NCBI RefSeq assembly: GCF_018350175.1
Contig: NC_058368.1
Location: forward strand, 158,846,001 to 158,910,000
Reading direction: 5' to 3'
DNA length: 64,000 nt
DNA from: Felis catus
Taxonomy: Eukaryota
Positions within the stretch are counted from its first letter, which is position 1, and each line of letters begins with the position of its first letter. The position numbers were made by a program, and so were the translations under genes. Shown here piece after piece: positions 11,305-23,359 of the stretch. The notes below the pieces were generated by a model. It saw only the letters and a list, made by a program, of their open reading frames with translations. It had not been told where the DNA came from and made no database searches.

Positions 11305-11590
11305 GCGTGGTAAACAGAACAATTATGGTCTTTGCCTCATAGAACTTATATTCTAGTGGAGAAAAGAGACAATAACTGAGTAAACAAATAAGTAAATAAG
11401 ATAACTTTCTATTGTAATAACTGTATGCTAGGAGGGAGAGAGGGGGCACTTTTAATTAGGCTGGTCTGGCAAGGTGTCTCTGAGGAGAAATAACTAAACT
11501 GAGAAGGGCCTTAGAAAGAGCCCAGAGCAGGAACAAGAATGGGGGAGCTAAGGCCCAAACTGGAAAAGAATGTGGCAGGTTGCATCTTCC
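11305..11590 (-). mobile_element. LINE-2 fragment
   Basis: TGCCTCATAGAACTTATATTCTAGTGGAG and AAGGTGTCTCTGAGGAG antisense L2 motifs. Confidence 0.75.
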
Positions 11591-12634
11591 AGCTGGGTGT
11601 GGGCAGAACACTGCCCCAGAAAGAATTTACTTGGTTAAGCATTCCAGCATAGTGACAGTGAGTCAAGATAACACTGGACAGGAACTTTGGTGACCTCAGA
11701 CACATTGCTTTTCACTTTTCAGCTTAAATATTCGTCCCTACTATGAAACAGTTAGTCTTTATGTCTAACAGTAAGGCCCTTTGGTATCTGATTCCTCTTT
11801 GTTTTGGTAGGTAGAGTAAACTTAGGATTTCTGAGAAGGGTGTGGGCTGGACAGGAGATTAGATTTTTCTCATTTCCTGTTCATAGTAACTTTGAATCCT
11901 TGATGTTTGAACATGTTGGCACCTGTGTGTCTACAGAGTACAGCTAGGGACAGAGGGAAGGGGAAGCCACAAGTACTTTCCTTTGTGTCAAATAAAGCTT
12001 CCTTTTGGCCCATAGAGAAGAGTCTGGCTGCAATAAAAAGGTACAGATTTATTGAGAAAAATGGAGAAACTTCACTTCGAAGAATTTGAGGGTAAAGAAG
12101 AAAGAGAATGCATGATCTTCACCTCCATGTTACTGTAGACACGTTGCTGTCTGAGACGATCAACTGGGAGGAGAAAATAAGGAGTTACTTGTTTAAATTT
12201 TCAAGTCTCCCATATTATTATTTTCCCTGACAGAGCAGACCGGGCATTCCTCATAAATACAATTACCATTGCATTGGCAAAATGCTACCATAGCCTTACC
12301 TCTAATGAAAGAAGCCTGATAGATAAATAGTCCCAGGACAGATAATAACATATTTAGTTGCTTCTCACAGGTTTCCAGAGAATTAGATCTGGAATGGTGC
12401 ATTTGCTCAAGAGGATAAAGATGAGTGATTGCAATGGTGTGTGTTTTTGAAGTCAGTGTTGGATATTTTTTATCTTAACTTCTTAAATTCGAATTGCAAG
12501 GTGCCAGAAAGGCTAAGTTCTGATTAAAGATTAATATAAATTCTACCATAGACTGAATTTGGACTTTTTTTTTTCAGAAATTGGTTACTTTGCTGAGCTA
12601 GTATTTTAACTGTTGTTTGTACTAAAGATGAATA

Positions 12635-12857
12635 GGGGCGCCTGGGTGGCGCAGTCGGTTAAGCGTCCGACTTCAGCCAGGTCACGATCTCGCGGTCTGT
12701 GAGTTCGAGCCCTGCGTCGGGCTCTGGGCTGACAGCTCAGAGCCTGGAGCCTGTTTCCGATTCTGTGTCTCCCTCTCTCTCTGCCCCTCCCCCGTTCAAG
12801 CTCTGTCTCTCTCTGTCCCAAAAATAAATAAACGTTGAAAAAAAATTAAAAAAAAAA
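12635..12857 (+). mobile_element. Young CanSINE (SINEC_Fc type)
   Basis: GGGGCGCCTGGGTGGCGCAGTCGGTTAAGCG head; perfect TSD TAAAGATGAATA at 12623-12634 and 12858-12869. Confidence 0.97.
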
Positions 12858-14187
12858 TAAAGATGAATAAATGATGATATATATTGTGTGAAAATGATTT
12901 ATGAGATGTGAATGCAAATTGACTTTATTTTCAGACATAAAGAAAAACACTTTGTGTTTGGAGTAAGATGATAAATTGGAATTTTTATACTGTTCTATTT
13001 GTCAGAATGTTCCTTTGATAATTAAAAAGATGAGTTATAAAATGATTTTATTTAAAATAGCTTTAATTTTCATAATGAGCCTAATACTCGAGATTATAAA
13101 TTATCATAGTAATTATAGATCTTTTATTTGTGCATCATTTTCATGCAAACTGGTTAGCTATGGGATAACAAGAGGGTGCCTTGAATATAATTCAATTTTA
13201 AGGAAGGTATGTTTCAGGAGAAATTTTTTTCATTCATTTGTGCACTATTCTTGTGAGAAGTCAGATATTGAAACATTTTTATCGTTTTTGTTCAACAAAT
13301 AAATTTTTTCCCTCACCCTTTTATCTTAAGATGCTAGAAATTCAAATATATTGCACTAAATTCTTTATATGGTTATTATTACATTTTTTGGAAAAGTGAT
13401 TTACAAGGAGATTTAAAATTTCCACCACTCCAACCCTAATATGTTAGTTATCCAGCATGTTCATGCTGTTAACTGATTTTTTTAAATTTTCTAATTTAAG
13501 CATTGAAATTGCTCAGATATTATAACCTTTTTGGCTTATGCCTCCAATGGGTAATTTTCAGAAAGAGATGTGAGTCAGAACTAAACAAGCAATGATGGTG
13601 TCAGTGTACTTTTACAAAGACTTCCTAGACACACATGATGTGAGCTAAACAAACAAACAAAATCTATAAAGAAAGAATGTCATTCCTCAAATACTGAACC
13701 CTGAACGCTTGACCACACTATAAAAAAACACATTTAAAAACTTTAAAGACAAACATACTACTTAAAATCAAAGAAAAAAAAAAACTTCTGAATAATGCAA
13801 AGGTCTCTGTATTACTCAGGAAGTAGAATAACATTTATTTTCACTCTGAAATAGAAAGTTGACAGGCCACGGAATTAAATAAAATGTGTGGCTACCTTAC
13901 TCTGAACAGTCAGAAATGAATGATTTTAATAAATTTGCCTACCCTCCAATAGTTTCCACTTCTGTGTCACCTTCCTTTATGACTCTTTAACACATATAAC
14001 CTCTGTCAAAAGTGGTATAGCTAAGGCTTCAGAAAAGCAACTTGAGAAGATAGAATTATCCTTTCTGTATCTAGAATGAACTGGGTTCAGCAACAATGGT
14101 TGCATCATGACACCATTTAATTAGCTTGTTATGGAACTTGTAACCTAATATAAAAGTCAAACATGGCACTAGTGCATCATGTACTGA

Positions 14188-14459
14188 TTTTCAAAACTTT
14201 TTTCTAATGTTTATTATTTATATTTGAGAGGCACAGAGAGAGAGCGCGCGTGTGCGAGAGAGAGCGAGAGCGAGAGCGAGAGTGAGAACGTTAGCAGGGA
14301 AGGTTTAGAGAGAGAGGGAAACACAGAATCTAAAGCAGGCTCCAGGTTCCGAGCTGTCAGTACAAAGCCCAATGTGGGGCTTGATTGAACTCACCAACTG
14401 TGAGATCATGACCTGAGCCAAAGTTGAACACTTAACTTACTGAGCCACTCAGACACCCC
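14188..14459 (-). mobile_element. CanSINE with compound (GA)/(GC)/(GAGAGC) microsatellite
   Basis: Full-length; TSD CATC(A/T)TGTAC. Confidence 0.93.
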
Positions 14460-14534
14460 TCATCTTGTACCCATTTTTATTTGAGCCTAATATTGATGAG
14501 GGATACCTCTATTTATTTAAAAAAATCTGTTTTA

Positions 14535-14742
14535 GGGTCACCTGGTGGCTCTGTTGGTCAACTGTCCAACTCTTGATTTCAGCTTAGGTTATGATTTCAA
14601 TGTTTGTGAGATGGAACCCTCTGTCAGACTCTGTGCTAACAGCAAGGAGCCTACTTGGGATTCTCTCTTCCTGTGTCTCTGCCCCTCGTTTCTTTGTGTG
14701 TGTGCCTGTGCACGTGCTCTCTCTCTCAAAATAAATGTTGAA
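14535..14742 (+). mobile_element. CanSINE
   Basis: Diverged head, CT/GT tract; TSD AAATCTGTTT(T)AG. Confidence 0.92.
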
Positions 14743-14959
14743 AGAAATCTGTTTAGGTTGTATGATTTCCTAGATTGTTACATTAAATATTTAATGAGTT
14801 TGGAAATTTGGTTCTACTAAACCGAATTTATTAAATATATACTTTTTTATTTTAATAATACAGTTATTAGAGCTTTGTATAATTTGACTCTTTAAACATT
14901 GTTTCTCTTGGAGCTCTCATTCATATTTATGATGGCAAATAGGATCTCTGTCTCAACTT

Positions 14960-15340
14960 TTAGATCAGCATATTTGGCTAACTCTCAAATATCCTGTCAC
15001 CTAAACTAAAATGTCTAAAATCTAATTTGTCATTTATTTTTCAAATTCACTTTAATAATTTTGTCACAAATTTTTTAAGCCCTAGATCAGAAACCTATAC
15101 ACATCTTAAATTTTTCTTTGTACTTCCTATGTATGACCATAACTATACCTAATTAGCAATAAAGCTGTATTATTCTGTCCCTTGTTACATATTTTGCATC
15201 TTCCTTTCTTTTTCATTACTGTTTTCGAAGCTCTTACTACCTACACCTACCACAGCCTGGTTCCCATGGCTTCACTTTCTCTCCTTTCCAAACCTCTGGA
15301 TATTTTGTTGCCTAATTAAACTCCTTGAAGCACCACAATT
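14960..15340 (+). mobile_element. LINE-2 relic
   Basis: CACCTAAACTAAAATGTCTAAAATCTAA, CAGAAACCT and a pyrimidine-rich L2-like body. Confidence 0.5.
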
Positions 15341-15557
15341 AATTGATTTTCTGCTCTTTCTTTTACCCTTTAGTGAACAATCATGGGGCTCCCTCAATAA
15401 ACTGTTTAGGTAAACTCACTGCTTCCCCCATGCAAAGAAAAACAAATTTACACTGAACCACATTCCTAATATCATCTTCCAAAATTATCTCAGGAGTTTC
15501 TGCACTTCACTCCTACAAGAGGATGTTCGTACTTAGCCTGGTATTCAAATCTGCCTG
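15183..15557 (+). repeat. Local direct duplication, copy 1
   Basis: Aligns base for base with 17807-18180. Confidence 0.98.
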
Positions 15558-15763
15558 CTGTTTCATTTTTTTTCTAGCTTTACTGAGATGTAATTTGGTT
15601 TCATCATTAAACATAGAGACTTGCACATAGAAGACATTCAATGAATATTTATTAATTTTGTTTGGCATGTGGAAGTTAATATGTGTCAATTTGGGATTCC
15701 ATTTTTATTAGGTTGACACAGAAATTTCTAATCTCTATGTTTGAGAATTTATTATGGATAGAC

Positions 15764-15908
15764 CAATGCACTTGTTTCCTCAGCCCTGGGGCAGCCTACA
15801 GTGATTGCAATTGTGGAGTCAATTATCTCATTGGGTTACCTCCCTCTGCTGTATAAATAGCATCATTTTCTCTGTGTGCCATGATGTGACAAAAATTGAG
15901 CAGCACTG
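15764..15908. mobile_element. hAT-Charlie-type MITE relic
   Basis: Ends in TGTGTGCCATGATGTGACAAAAATTGAGCAGCACTG, a Charlie-like terminus. Confidence 0.5.
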
Positions 15909-17806
15909 GGTAGCAAAGTTCTGATGTGTTCAGTTTATAATAATTCAACTGTTAATTAATATTGTCTTCTGATTTTATTATTGAGGTAAAGCAGAATAGA
16001 ATTGGTTTAATAAAGGTTGTCTTCTTGCTGTGAAATGTGCCAATTTTGATTCTTTTGCACTGCCCCCTGGAGGCATAATTTTGGCTACTTGTGCCCTTGG
16101 TGATTGTTGCTGTCACTAGATTAGCATTTTCTCACTTTTCTGACAAAATATTTTGCATGATTTCATGCTTAGTGAGAGGATCTTGTGGAAAACGTGCTCA
16201 TGGATTTTATAAATGAAATAATATCAGAAACAATTTTATATATTTTCATAAAAATATATTTTATATTTTTGTGAATTTTAGTAGTTCCATGTGCTCAAAC
16301 ATCTGAGATTTTTTTCTTTTGAGGGCATCTAAGAAGAAAGTGTACTTCTTGAGTATTGAAAAAATATGTTGATCTGTTTATACAGTATCATGTTTTCAAT
16401 ATTTTGTTGGTTTAAATCCATTTGTCTACAAATTATTATTTCTAAGAGACACTGACAGCATACAAAAAGAGCTGTCAGAATTCATTCTTCCAGGGAAGCC
16501 CTAGAAACTATTATTGGTTGATAAAAGAGATTGTGATATGAGGGAAAAGTTTCACTGATTTTTACAGGCTCAGTTTTCCTTGACCTGATTGCTACAGTTT
16601 TAGAAAGCATGTATTGAAATATGTTCATTTTAGAAATCCACATACAATTTGTTACAAAAAAAAGCAAACACCAGGTATTTTAATCCTGTTCTTAGGTATA
16701 TATAACTTGATATGTTTTAGGCTAGAATATAGTTTCCATACGATTTGAAGAAGATTTAAAATCTTCACTATTTGAGGAACTCAGAGTCTACAAATATTTC
16801 TTAATATAATGTTTTAAATTTTAGCTAAATAAACTTTAGTATAAAATGAAATAGTCACTTTAAGATGAAATAGAGTTTAATAAAACTATATTTTTTAAAG
16901 GACAAAGTTGTGTGAGATATATATATATACACATAAATCAATCCAGAGGAAAAGTTTTTTTTCTCCTCTTATGTTCACATATATATTCTTTATTCTTTGT
17001 CAATTTTAAACTTATATTGAGTGGTCTTTGTAAGGATCTTGGCCCAGATGGATGCATATATTAGTCATATGAATGAAACACTCTGCACACATTTTTCATG
17101 AAAATGAGCTGTAGGTGTCGTGTAAACCATTGCTCTCTGTTAAAACATGGTTAATAAGTCAGATGGCTCCTTGATAGGCAGGATGAACATTTGCATCTGA
17201 ATCTCTCAAACTTCCAGGATTTATTTCTAAGCGAGTCCACATTTTATATGGGTACATATTTACAGCAGAGACCTTGGTTCAGTAACAAGACTTGTTCTTT
17301 TCTGTAAAATGCTTAGTGTCACAAAATCTCTATGTTATTTACAGAATTGTCCTTGCTTTTGATATTTTAATTTATATTAGTTTATCAAATGAAGGATAAT
17401 ATTTAAAATATATCCAATCATCATATGAAACATTTATCCATTTGTACATTTCTAATGCATGAAGTTCATACTCTTAGGAAATTGTTTTAGATAATTTCTG
17501 AAACATCTCAGGTATCAAGTATAAGGTGTTTGTTCATTGCCCTCGAACAGCTTATAATAAAGACATCGAGATGAAGTTGAATTTGATGGAATGTTAGTGG
17601 TAAAATTCAGCTACAAAGAATGTTTAGAGAAAGAGTGTTTTGGAACACTGTTTTCCAGGTAGACAAAAATTAACAAAATATTTCACTTTTAGCCTCTTGG
17701 ATATTAAATCTTCTAAAATATTACCACTTCTTGCTTTTAATAGGATATTATTCTATTATTTATTTCTATTATTTATTATTCTATTATTTATTATTCTCTT
17801 CTATTC

Positions 17807-18180
17807 TGTTATATATTTTGCATCTTCCTTTCTTTTTCATTACTGTTTTCGAAGCTCTTACTACCTACACCTACCACAGCCTGGTTCCCATGGCTTCACT
17901 TTCTCTCCTTTCCAAACCTCTGGATATTTTGTTGCCTAATTAAACTCCTTGAAGCACCACAATTAATTGATTTTCTGCTCTTTCTTTTACCCTTTAGTGA
18001 ACAATCATGGGACTCCCTCAATAAACTGTTTAGGTAAACTCACTGCTTCCCCCATGCAAGAAAGACAAATCTAGACTGAACCACATTCCTAATATCATCT
18101 TCCAAAATTATCTTGGAAGTTTCTGCACTTCGCTCCTACAGGAGGACATTCTTACTTAGCCTGGTATTCAAATCTGCCTG
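17807..18180 (+). repeat. Local direct duplication, copy 2
   Basis: Aligns with 15183-15557; 199 bp identical, then increasing mismatches. Confidence 0.98.
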
Positions 18181-18999
18181 TACACATTTTAATCTCTTTG
18201 AAGCGATCTCTTTGAAGATTAAAAGTCCTCATTATGAGAATTTGCTCTTTGGATAATACACTCAGATTCCACTGAAATATTTTTTTCTGTTTGATTATAT
18301 CTAAATTACCCCAAACTATTATAATTTTGTGTTCTTAAATTCATGTGTGTGTATGTGCAAACTTGTCATTGATATCCACTTTGTAATGATGCCATATCTT
18401 CCTACTTGCCTCCCTGCTATTTCCCTCTCTTGCATTTTGCTTCTTCTTCTAATTTGTCTGGACTTGGGAATTTTTCTTTCCTCTCTCTCTTTCTTTCTTT
18501 TTTTCTCTTTCTCCTGTCTCCCCTGCTCCCTTTATTTCTTTCATCCATTCACTTACTTGACCATTATTTATTGTTTGTCTAAAAGGAGATCAATTAGGGT
18601 GGATTATAGTAATTGGAGAAAATCTCATGGAAGAAGTGAGAGTTGACTGACTCAACATGAGCTAATAAAATTACAATGATACAAAAATATTCATGATGAA
18701 AACTTACCATATTGGGAATTTTTTTAATTTGTGGCACCAGTAAATTTCCAGACAAGATGGTAAACACTTGTGATTAAATAAATGGTTGTACAGATTGTGT
18801 GTCATCAATAAAATGTAACAACCACATGTGATGGTATAAATGATTTCACTTTATAACATTAAGATGTTTACTGTGCAGCGATTCATCATGGAAGCCTTAT
18901 TGTACCAGTTACATGTGATTGGATTTTGCCCTTCTCAACTGCAATTGTCTAGGTTAGGGAATGCATATAACAAACTGTTGGCTGGTAAGGACTAGGACA

Positions 19000-19223
19000 C
19001 AGTTTTCTCAAATGTTTATGATCATGACTTACTTTCACACACATGCACAAAAACATAGACCCCACATATATAAAAGAAACAGAAGTTTCACAAGCTTCCT
19101 ATTTGCAATGTGCTCTGATATTCCTGCTCCATTCAATTTTGCTTTTAAATAGATGGATAAGATCCACTAAACTGACTTCATGACTCATTAATGTGTTGCA
19201 GTCTTCAGTTTGAGAAAAGCTAG
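19000..19223. mobile_element. hAT-Charlie DNA transposon relic (MER119-like)
   Basis: CAGTTTTCTCAAA start and CCACTAAACTGACTTCATGACTCATTAATGTGTTGCAGTCTTCAGTTTGAGAAAAGCTAG end. Confidence 0.6.
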
Positions 19224-19283
19224 TCTTGGAGTTTCAGTATGAGGCAAGGGAAGAAGGCATGATAAGCACTAAATTCAGTCAAG

Positions 19284-19800
19284 TGCAGTGAACATTTGCT
19301 GTTTGTAGTTGCCCAACAGCTATTTGTATTTTTAATTGTGTCCTCATTTTCTTTTGGTGATTACCCCTCTTCTAATGTGGCTGTTCATGGTGGGGAGTTA
19401 CTTCTAGGTGCCAGACTCTCATCCTGGTAGCCAAAGAGCAAACAGATGACCTAAGGTTGGCCCATAAGACACTGTCTCTCTAAGCTCTTTAAGTCTTGAG
19501 AGAGTGTTTGAGGAAATGGTCAGAAATGACTGATCTCAACAGCAATGTCTGCATCATCCTGGACCAGGGTGTTCCAGTATCCTCTCTTTTCCTGTTTCTT
19601 GTGGCTCCCTGGGTTCTGACCAGTCATATCTGGTCTTCAAGACTTAGCCCCCAGTGAGTGTCCTATTGATCAATGAAGTGGCCCTATCCATGAAATGCTT
19701 GTAGTAACATAGTTTTTGTTTCAGTGTAATAACATATATTTTGCTTAATTTAGCTAGAATTAAGTTCTGTTGCTGGTAAACAGCAACTTCAATTGGTTCA
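19284..19800 (+). mobile_element. Ancient MaLR LTR (MLT1K/L-like)
   Basis: TG start, ATGACCTAAGGTTGGCCCATAAGA, TTTGCTTAATTTAGCTAGAATTAAGTTCTGTTGCT end. Confidence 0.6.
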
Positions 19801-20736
19801 TTAATTAAAAAGAAGAGCTATTAATTATGTTGGTATCTCCAACCACTAGACTTTTTGATGCATATGTTATGGAGAAATAAGGGTGTTCAAGAAGAAGTTG
19901 GAAACCAAACATTTGATATGACTGTGCTGCTTGACAGATGGCACCGATATATAGCACTGCTTCTGAATGCACCATGTTTTGACAGTAATCTAAATATAAA
20001 TGCCAAATGGTGAGGAAGCCAGTTGAAATTGGCTCAGTTATTCAAAGGATAAAGGGCCAAGAGATATTTGTTTCACTTATATAAACACTCCTTTCCTTAT
20101 TAAATCATTGTTTCAATTAATTCAGCTGTTTTTATTTTGTCTTGTTGAGGGGAGTTGGACCAGCTTTTTATATGTGGATAAATTTTGTACTTATGGGAAA
20201 TCTGTACTCAGAAGCTGACAATTTGATCATAACAAACATTAAAATGAGTTGATGCTTTTAGGTGAATGCTATTTAATAATCCCAGGGTATGTACTCCTAT
20301 TACTACTATGATTGCTGTAATTATTGCCAATATATTTTAACCTCTGATTTCATATGGTGGGGATATTTTCAATGAAATATTTTAAAAACTGGTAATAATC
20401 TTTGCAAACAAAAGTGCATAAAATACTAGTGGTTATTGTCAATAAATATCTGCAACATGTTCTTAATAGATAATTTAGAAGGGAAATAAGAACAAGATAA
20501 ATAGGAGAGCAAAAAATCACTTGAATGTCTACCTAGAAACAATCATCATCAAAATGTGATAAACACTATTCAGATATCTTTCTTTCTTTTTTTATTCAGA
20601 TATCTTTCTATACAAATACTGAAAAGATAGCTAAAGGTGATCTTATATGAGTAGTATATAACACATGTTACTTCTTAATAAAAGTAGTTTTACCTATGAG
20701 AATAATTTGACAGAATTATGAGTTGCCCAAGATAGA

Positions 20737-20737
20737 T

Positions 20738-20776
<39 letters not shown>

Positions 20777-20968
20777 TTATGTTTTATTTTTTTTATTTTT
20801 TTGCAGGGAGAGAGAGAGAGAGACAGAGGGAGGAGAGAGATAATTCAAAGTAGGCTCCGTGTTGTCAGTGTAGAGCCTGATGCAGGGCTCACTCTCACAA
20901 ACCATGAGATCATGACCTGGGCAGAAATCAAGAGTCAGATGCTTAACCCACTGAGCCACCCAGTCACC
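20737..20968 (-). mobile_element. CanSINE with (TTTA)n tail
   Basis: Full-length diverged copy; flanks CAAGATA. Confidence 0.95.
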
Positions 20969-20981
20969 TCAAGATATTTTA

Positions 20982-21197
20982 TTAATTTTTTTTTCAACGT
21001 TTATTTATTTTTGGGACAGAGAGAGACAGAGCATGAACGGGGGAGGGGCAGAGAGAGAGGGAGACACAGAATCGGAAACAGGCTCCAGGCTCCGAGCCAT
21101 CAGCCCAGAGCCTGACGCGGGGCTCGAACTCACGGACCGCGAGATCGTGACCTGGCTGAAGTCGGACGCTTAACCGACTGCACCACCCAGGCGCCCC
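20982..21197 (-). mobile_element. Young CanSINE (SINEC_Fc type)
   Basis: CpG-rich; TSD TCAAGATATTTTA at 20969-20981 and 21198-21210. Confidence 0.97.
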
Positions 21198-21525
21198 TCA
21201 AGATATTTTAAAAAGTGACAATTTCCAGTATTTTTGAGTATGCAACCCTCTAACGTAGTTTGCCATAATATACTTAAAAGCCCCCCAAATTCATACCTTT
21301 TTGGTAGAATCAAGGTAGCAAAAATTATTTGGTAACATAAAATGACCAGAGATGTGTCCAAATAGTTATTATGAGGATATTTACTACTATGTATTCATAA
21401 TAGTAAAAAGTGGGGAAAATTATATTACACATACCTAAGTTGTATTACAGTAAAATAAATTATCTTATTAGTCATAGTACTATGCAGCCTTGTCAAACAA
21501 TGTTGAGTAAGAATCACTAAACAAA

Positions 21526-21724
21526 GGGGTGCCTAGGTGGCTTAGTCGGTTAAGCATCAGACCTCAGTTCAGGTCATGGTCTTGCGGTTTCTGACTTTGA
21601 GCCCCACACTGGCTTCACTGCTGTCACTGAGGAGCCCAGTTCAGATCCTCTGTCTCCCTCTCTCTGCCCCTCCCCCACTCATGTTTTCTCTTTCTCTGTC
21701 TCTCAAAAATAAACATTAGAAAAA
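21526..21724 (+). mobile_element. CanSINE inside an old L1ME-like 3' fragment (about 21215-21790)
   Basis: Head GGGGTGCCTAGGTGGCTTAGTCGG; TSD AGAATCACTAAA. Confidence 0.93.
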
Positions 21725-21793
21725 GAGAATCACTAAAAACATGAAAAGTTATCATACAATACCAAGTGACAAAACACAGGTTGCAAATATACA

Positions 21794-22131
21794 CAGTGGA
21801 CACTTGAACAGCATGGATTTGAAATATGCAGCCCAACTTATCATAGACTTTTTTCAATAAATATTCTATACTGTATATAGCACCGTAAATATATTTTCTC
21901 TTCCTTATGATTTTCATATTTTCTTTTCTCTATCTCACTTTTTTGCAAGAATACAGCATGTAATAAACATAACTTACAAAATATGTTTTAATCGACTGTG
22001 TATTTTATCGGTAAGGCTTCTGATTAATGGTAGGCTATTAGTAGTTAAGTTTTGGGGGAATCAGAAGCTGTATTTGGTTTTTGACTGTGCAGGGGTCAGT
22101 GCCCCCAACCCCCTCATTGTTCAAAAGTTAA
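21794..22131 (+). mobile_element. TcMar-Tigger non-autonomous element (Tigger2a-like)
   Basis: CAGTGGACACTTGAACAGCATGGATTTGAA left TIR; GGCTATTAGTAGTTAAGTTTTGGGGGAATCAG; right TIR TTGTTCAAAAGTTAA is truncated. Confidence 0.8.
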
Positions 22132-22420
22132 ATGGATGAAGGCCTTCAAAAGATACAAATTTCCAGTTTTAAAATAAATGTTATGGAGATATAATGTACA
22201 ACATGGCAACTACAGTTAATGCATATTTGAAAATTGCTAACAGAATTGATCTTAAAAGTTCTCATTATAAGGAAAAAATACTTTTAAACTGCAACGGTAA
22301 ATATTAACTAGACTTATTGTGGTGATCATTTCACAATATATACGAGTATTGAATCATTATGTAGTACACCCGAAACTAATTGTTAATTAGTCAATGCCAA
22401 TTATATCTCAATTCAAAAAA
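22132..22420 (+). mobile_element. LINE-1 3' end (L1MA9-like)
   Basis: ATTTGAAAATTGCTAACAGAATTGATCTTAAAAGTTCTCA, TTGTGGTGATCATTTCACAATATATAC, CAATTATATCTCAAT, then A tail. Confidence 0.85.
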
Positions 22421-22423
22421 TCC

Positions 22424-23359
22424 TGTGAAAGGAGACAGCTGAATTGGCTCTGCTACTCCAGTCATCACCCCCAGGAGATATCAGCAAAAGTTAAGGGCTT
22501 TAAGGATATTCACTATGGTTTTGAGTTCTTGACCTAGCAAGGAGTGCTGTGGCTTTTCTCTCCTCATAGCCAAGAAACTAAGAAACCTCCTCACAAACCA
22601 AGAAAAATGGGGTCAAAGAGAATACCTCACAGTGCCTGGAAGAGGATAACATTGGTATCTCAATCTTAAACTAGATGTCTGTTCCTATGGCAGATTTGCA
22701 GATCTACTCTTACAATTATGTAAGCAGTGGTGGGCAAGCTGAGGACATCTACAAGGAGATAGGGAGCAGCTGGGGAGGAGCTCATGTTTGCACTGTTTAG
22801 GGCACGAGGAGGTGGGATTTTACATAAACCTACTGATGCAAAGGAAGCACATGTGCTTCATCAATAGTGATGACATTTGAGGCAGGATTGGAAGCCCTGA
22901 ACAGAGTAGATGCTCCACTTCAGAAAGCTGTGCAGTGGGGAGGTATCATCAAAGAGATACACAATAGAATTCACCTGTGCTCTCCTTACTAAAACAGGAG
23001 TTTCAACATCCACTGTAGAGAGAACGTTCTGGCTGAGAGAGGAGTACAACTGCACAAGGTAGGTAACAATGTTTTTGGCGTTTTTCTCAGCTCTACATAC
23101 TGCTTCAAAAGAGAAAAAAAGCTAGAACTGGAAAAAGGAGGCAGGAAGGAGAGGTACAAGGAGTCTGAGTTAGGACAGGGGAGTGTATTCAGTGAAACTG
23201 AAGTCTTAAATTTGAGTAGAATCAGAACCTTACAGATTCTGGCTTAGGTTATTTTAAGGGGTGGGAAAGGGAGATTCAAAAGGGTGGTTATTTAAGACAA
23301 TAAAACCATTCCATAGTTGGATTTCACTGAATTAAGATTGTTCAACTTGCCTGTCAACA
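22424..23359 (+). mobile_element. Probable ancient LTR (ERVL/LTR79-like)
   Basis: TG...CA ends, AATAAA near the 3' end, terminal CACTGAATTAAGATTGTTCAA motif recalled for old LTRs; family uncertain. Confidence 0.4.
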
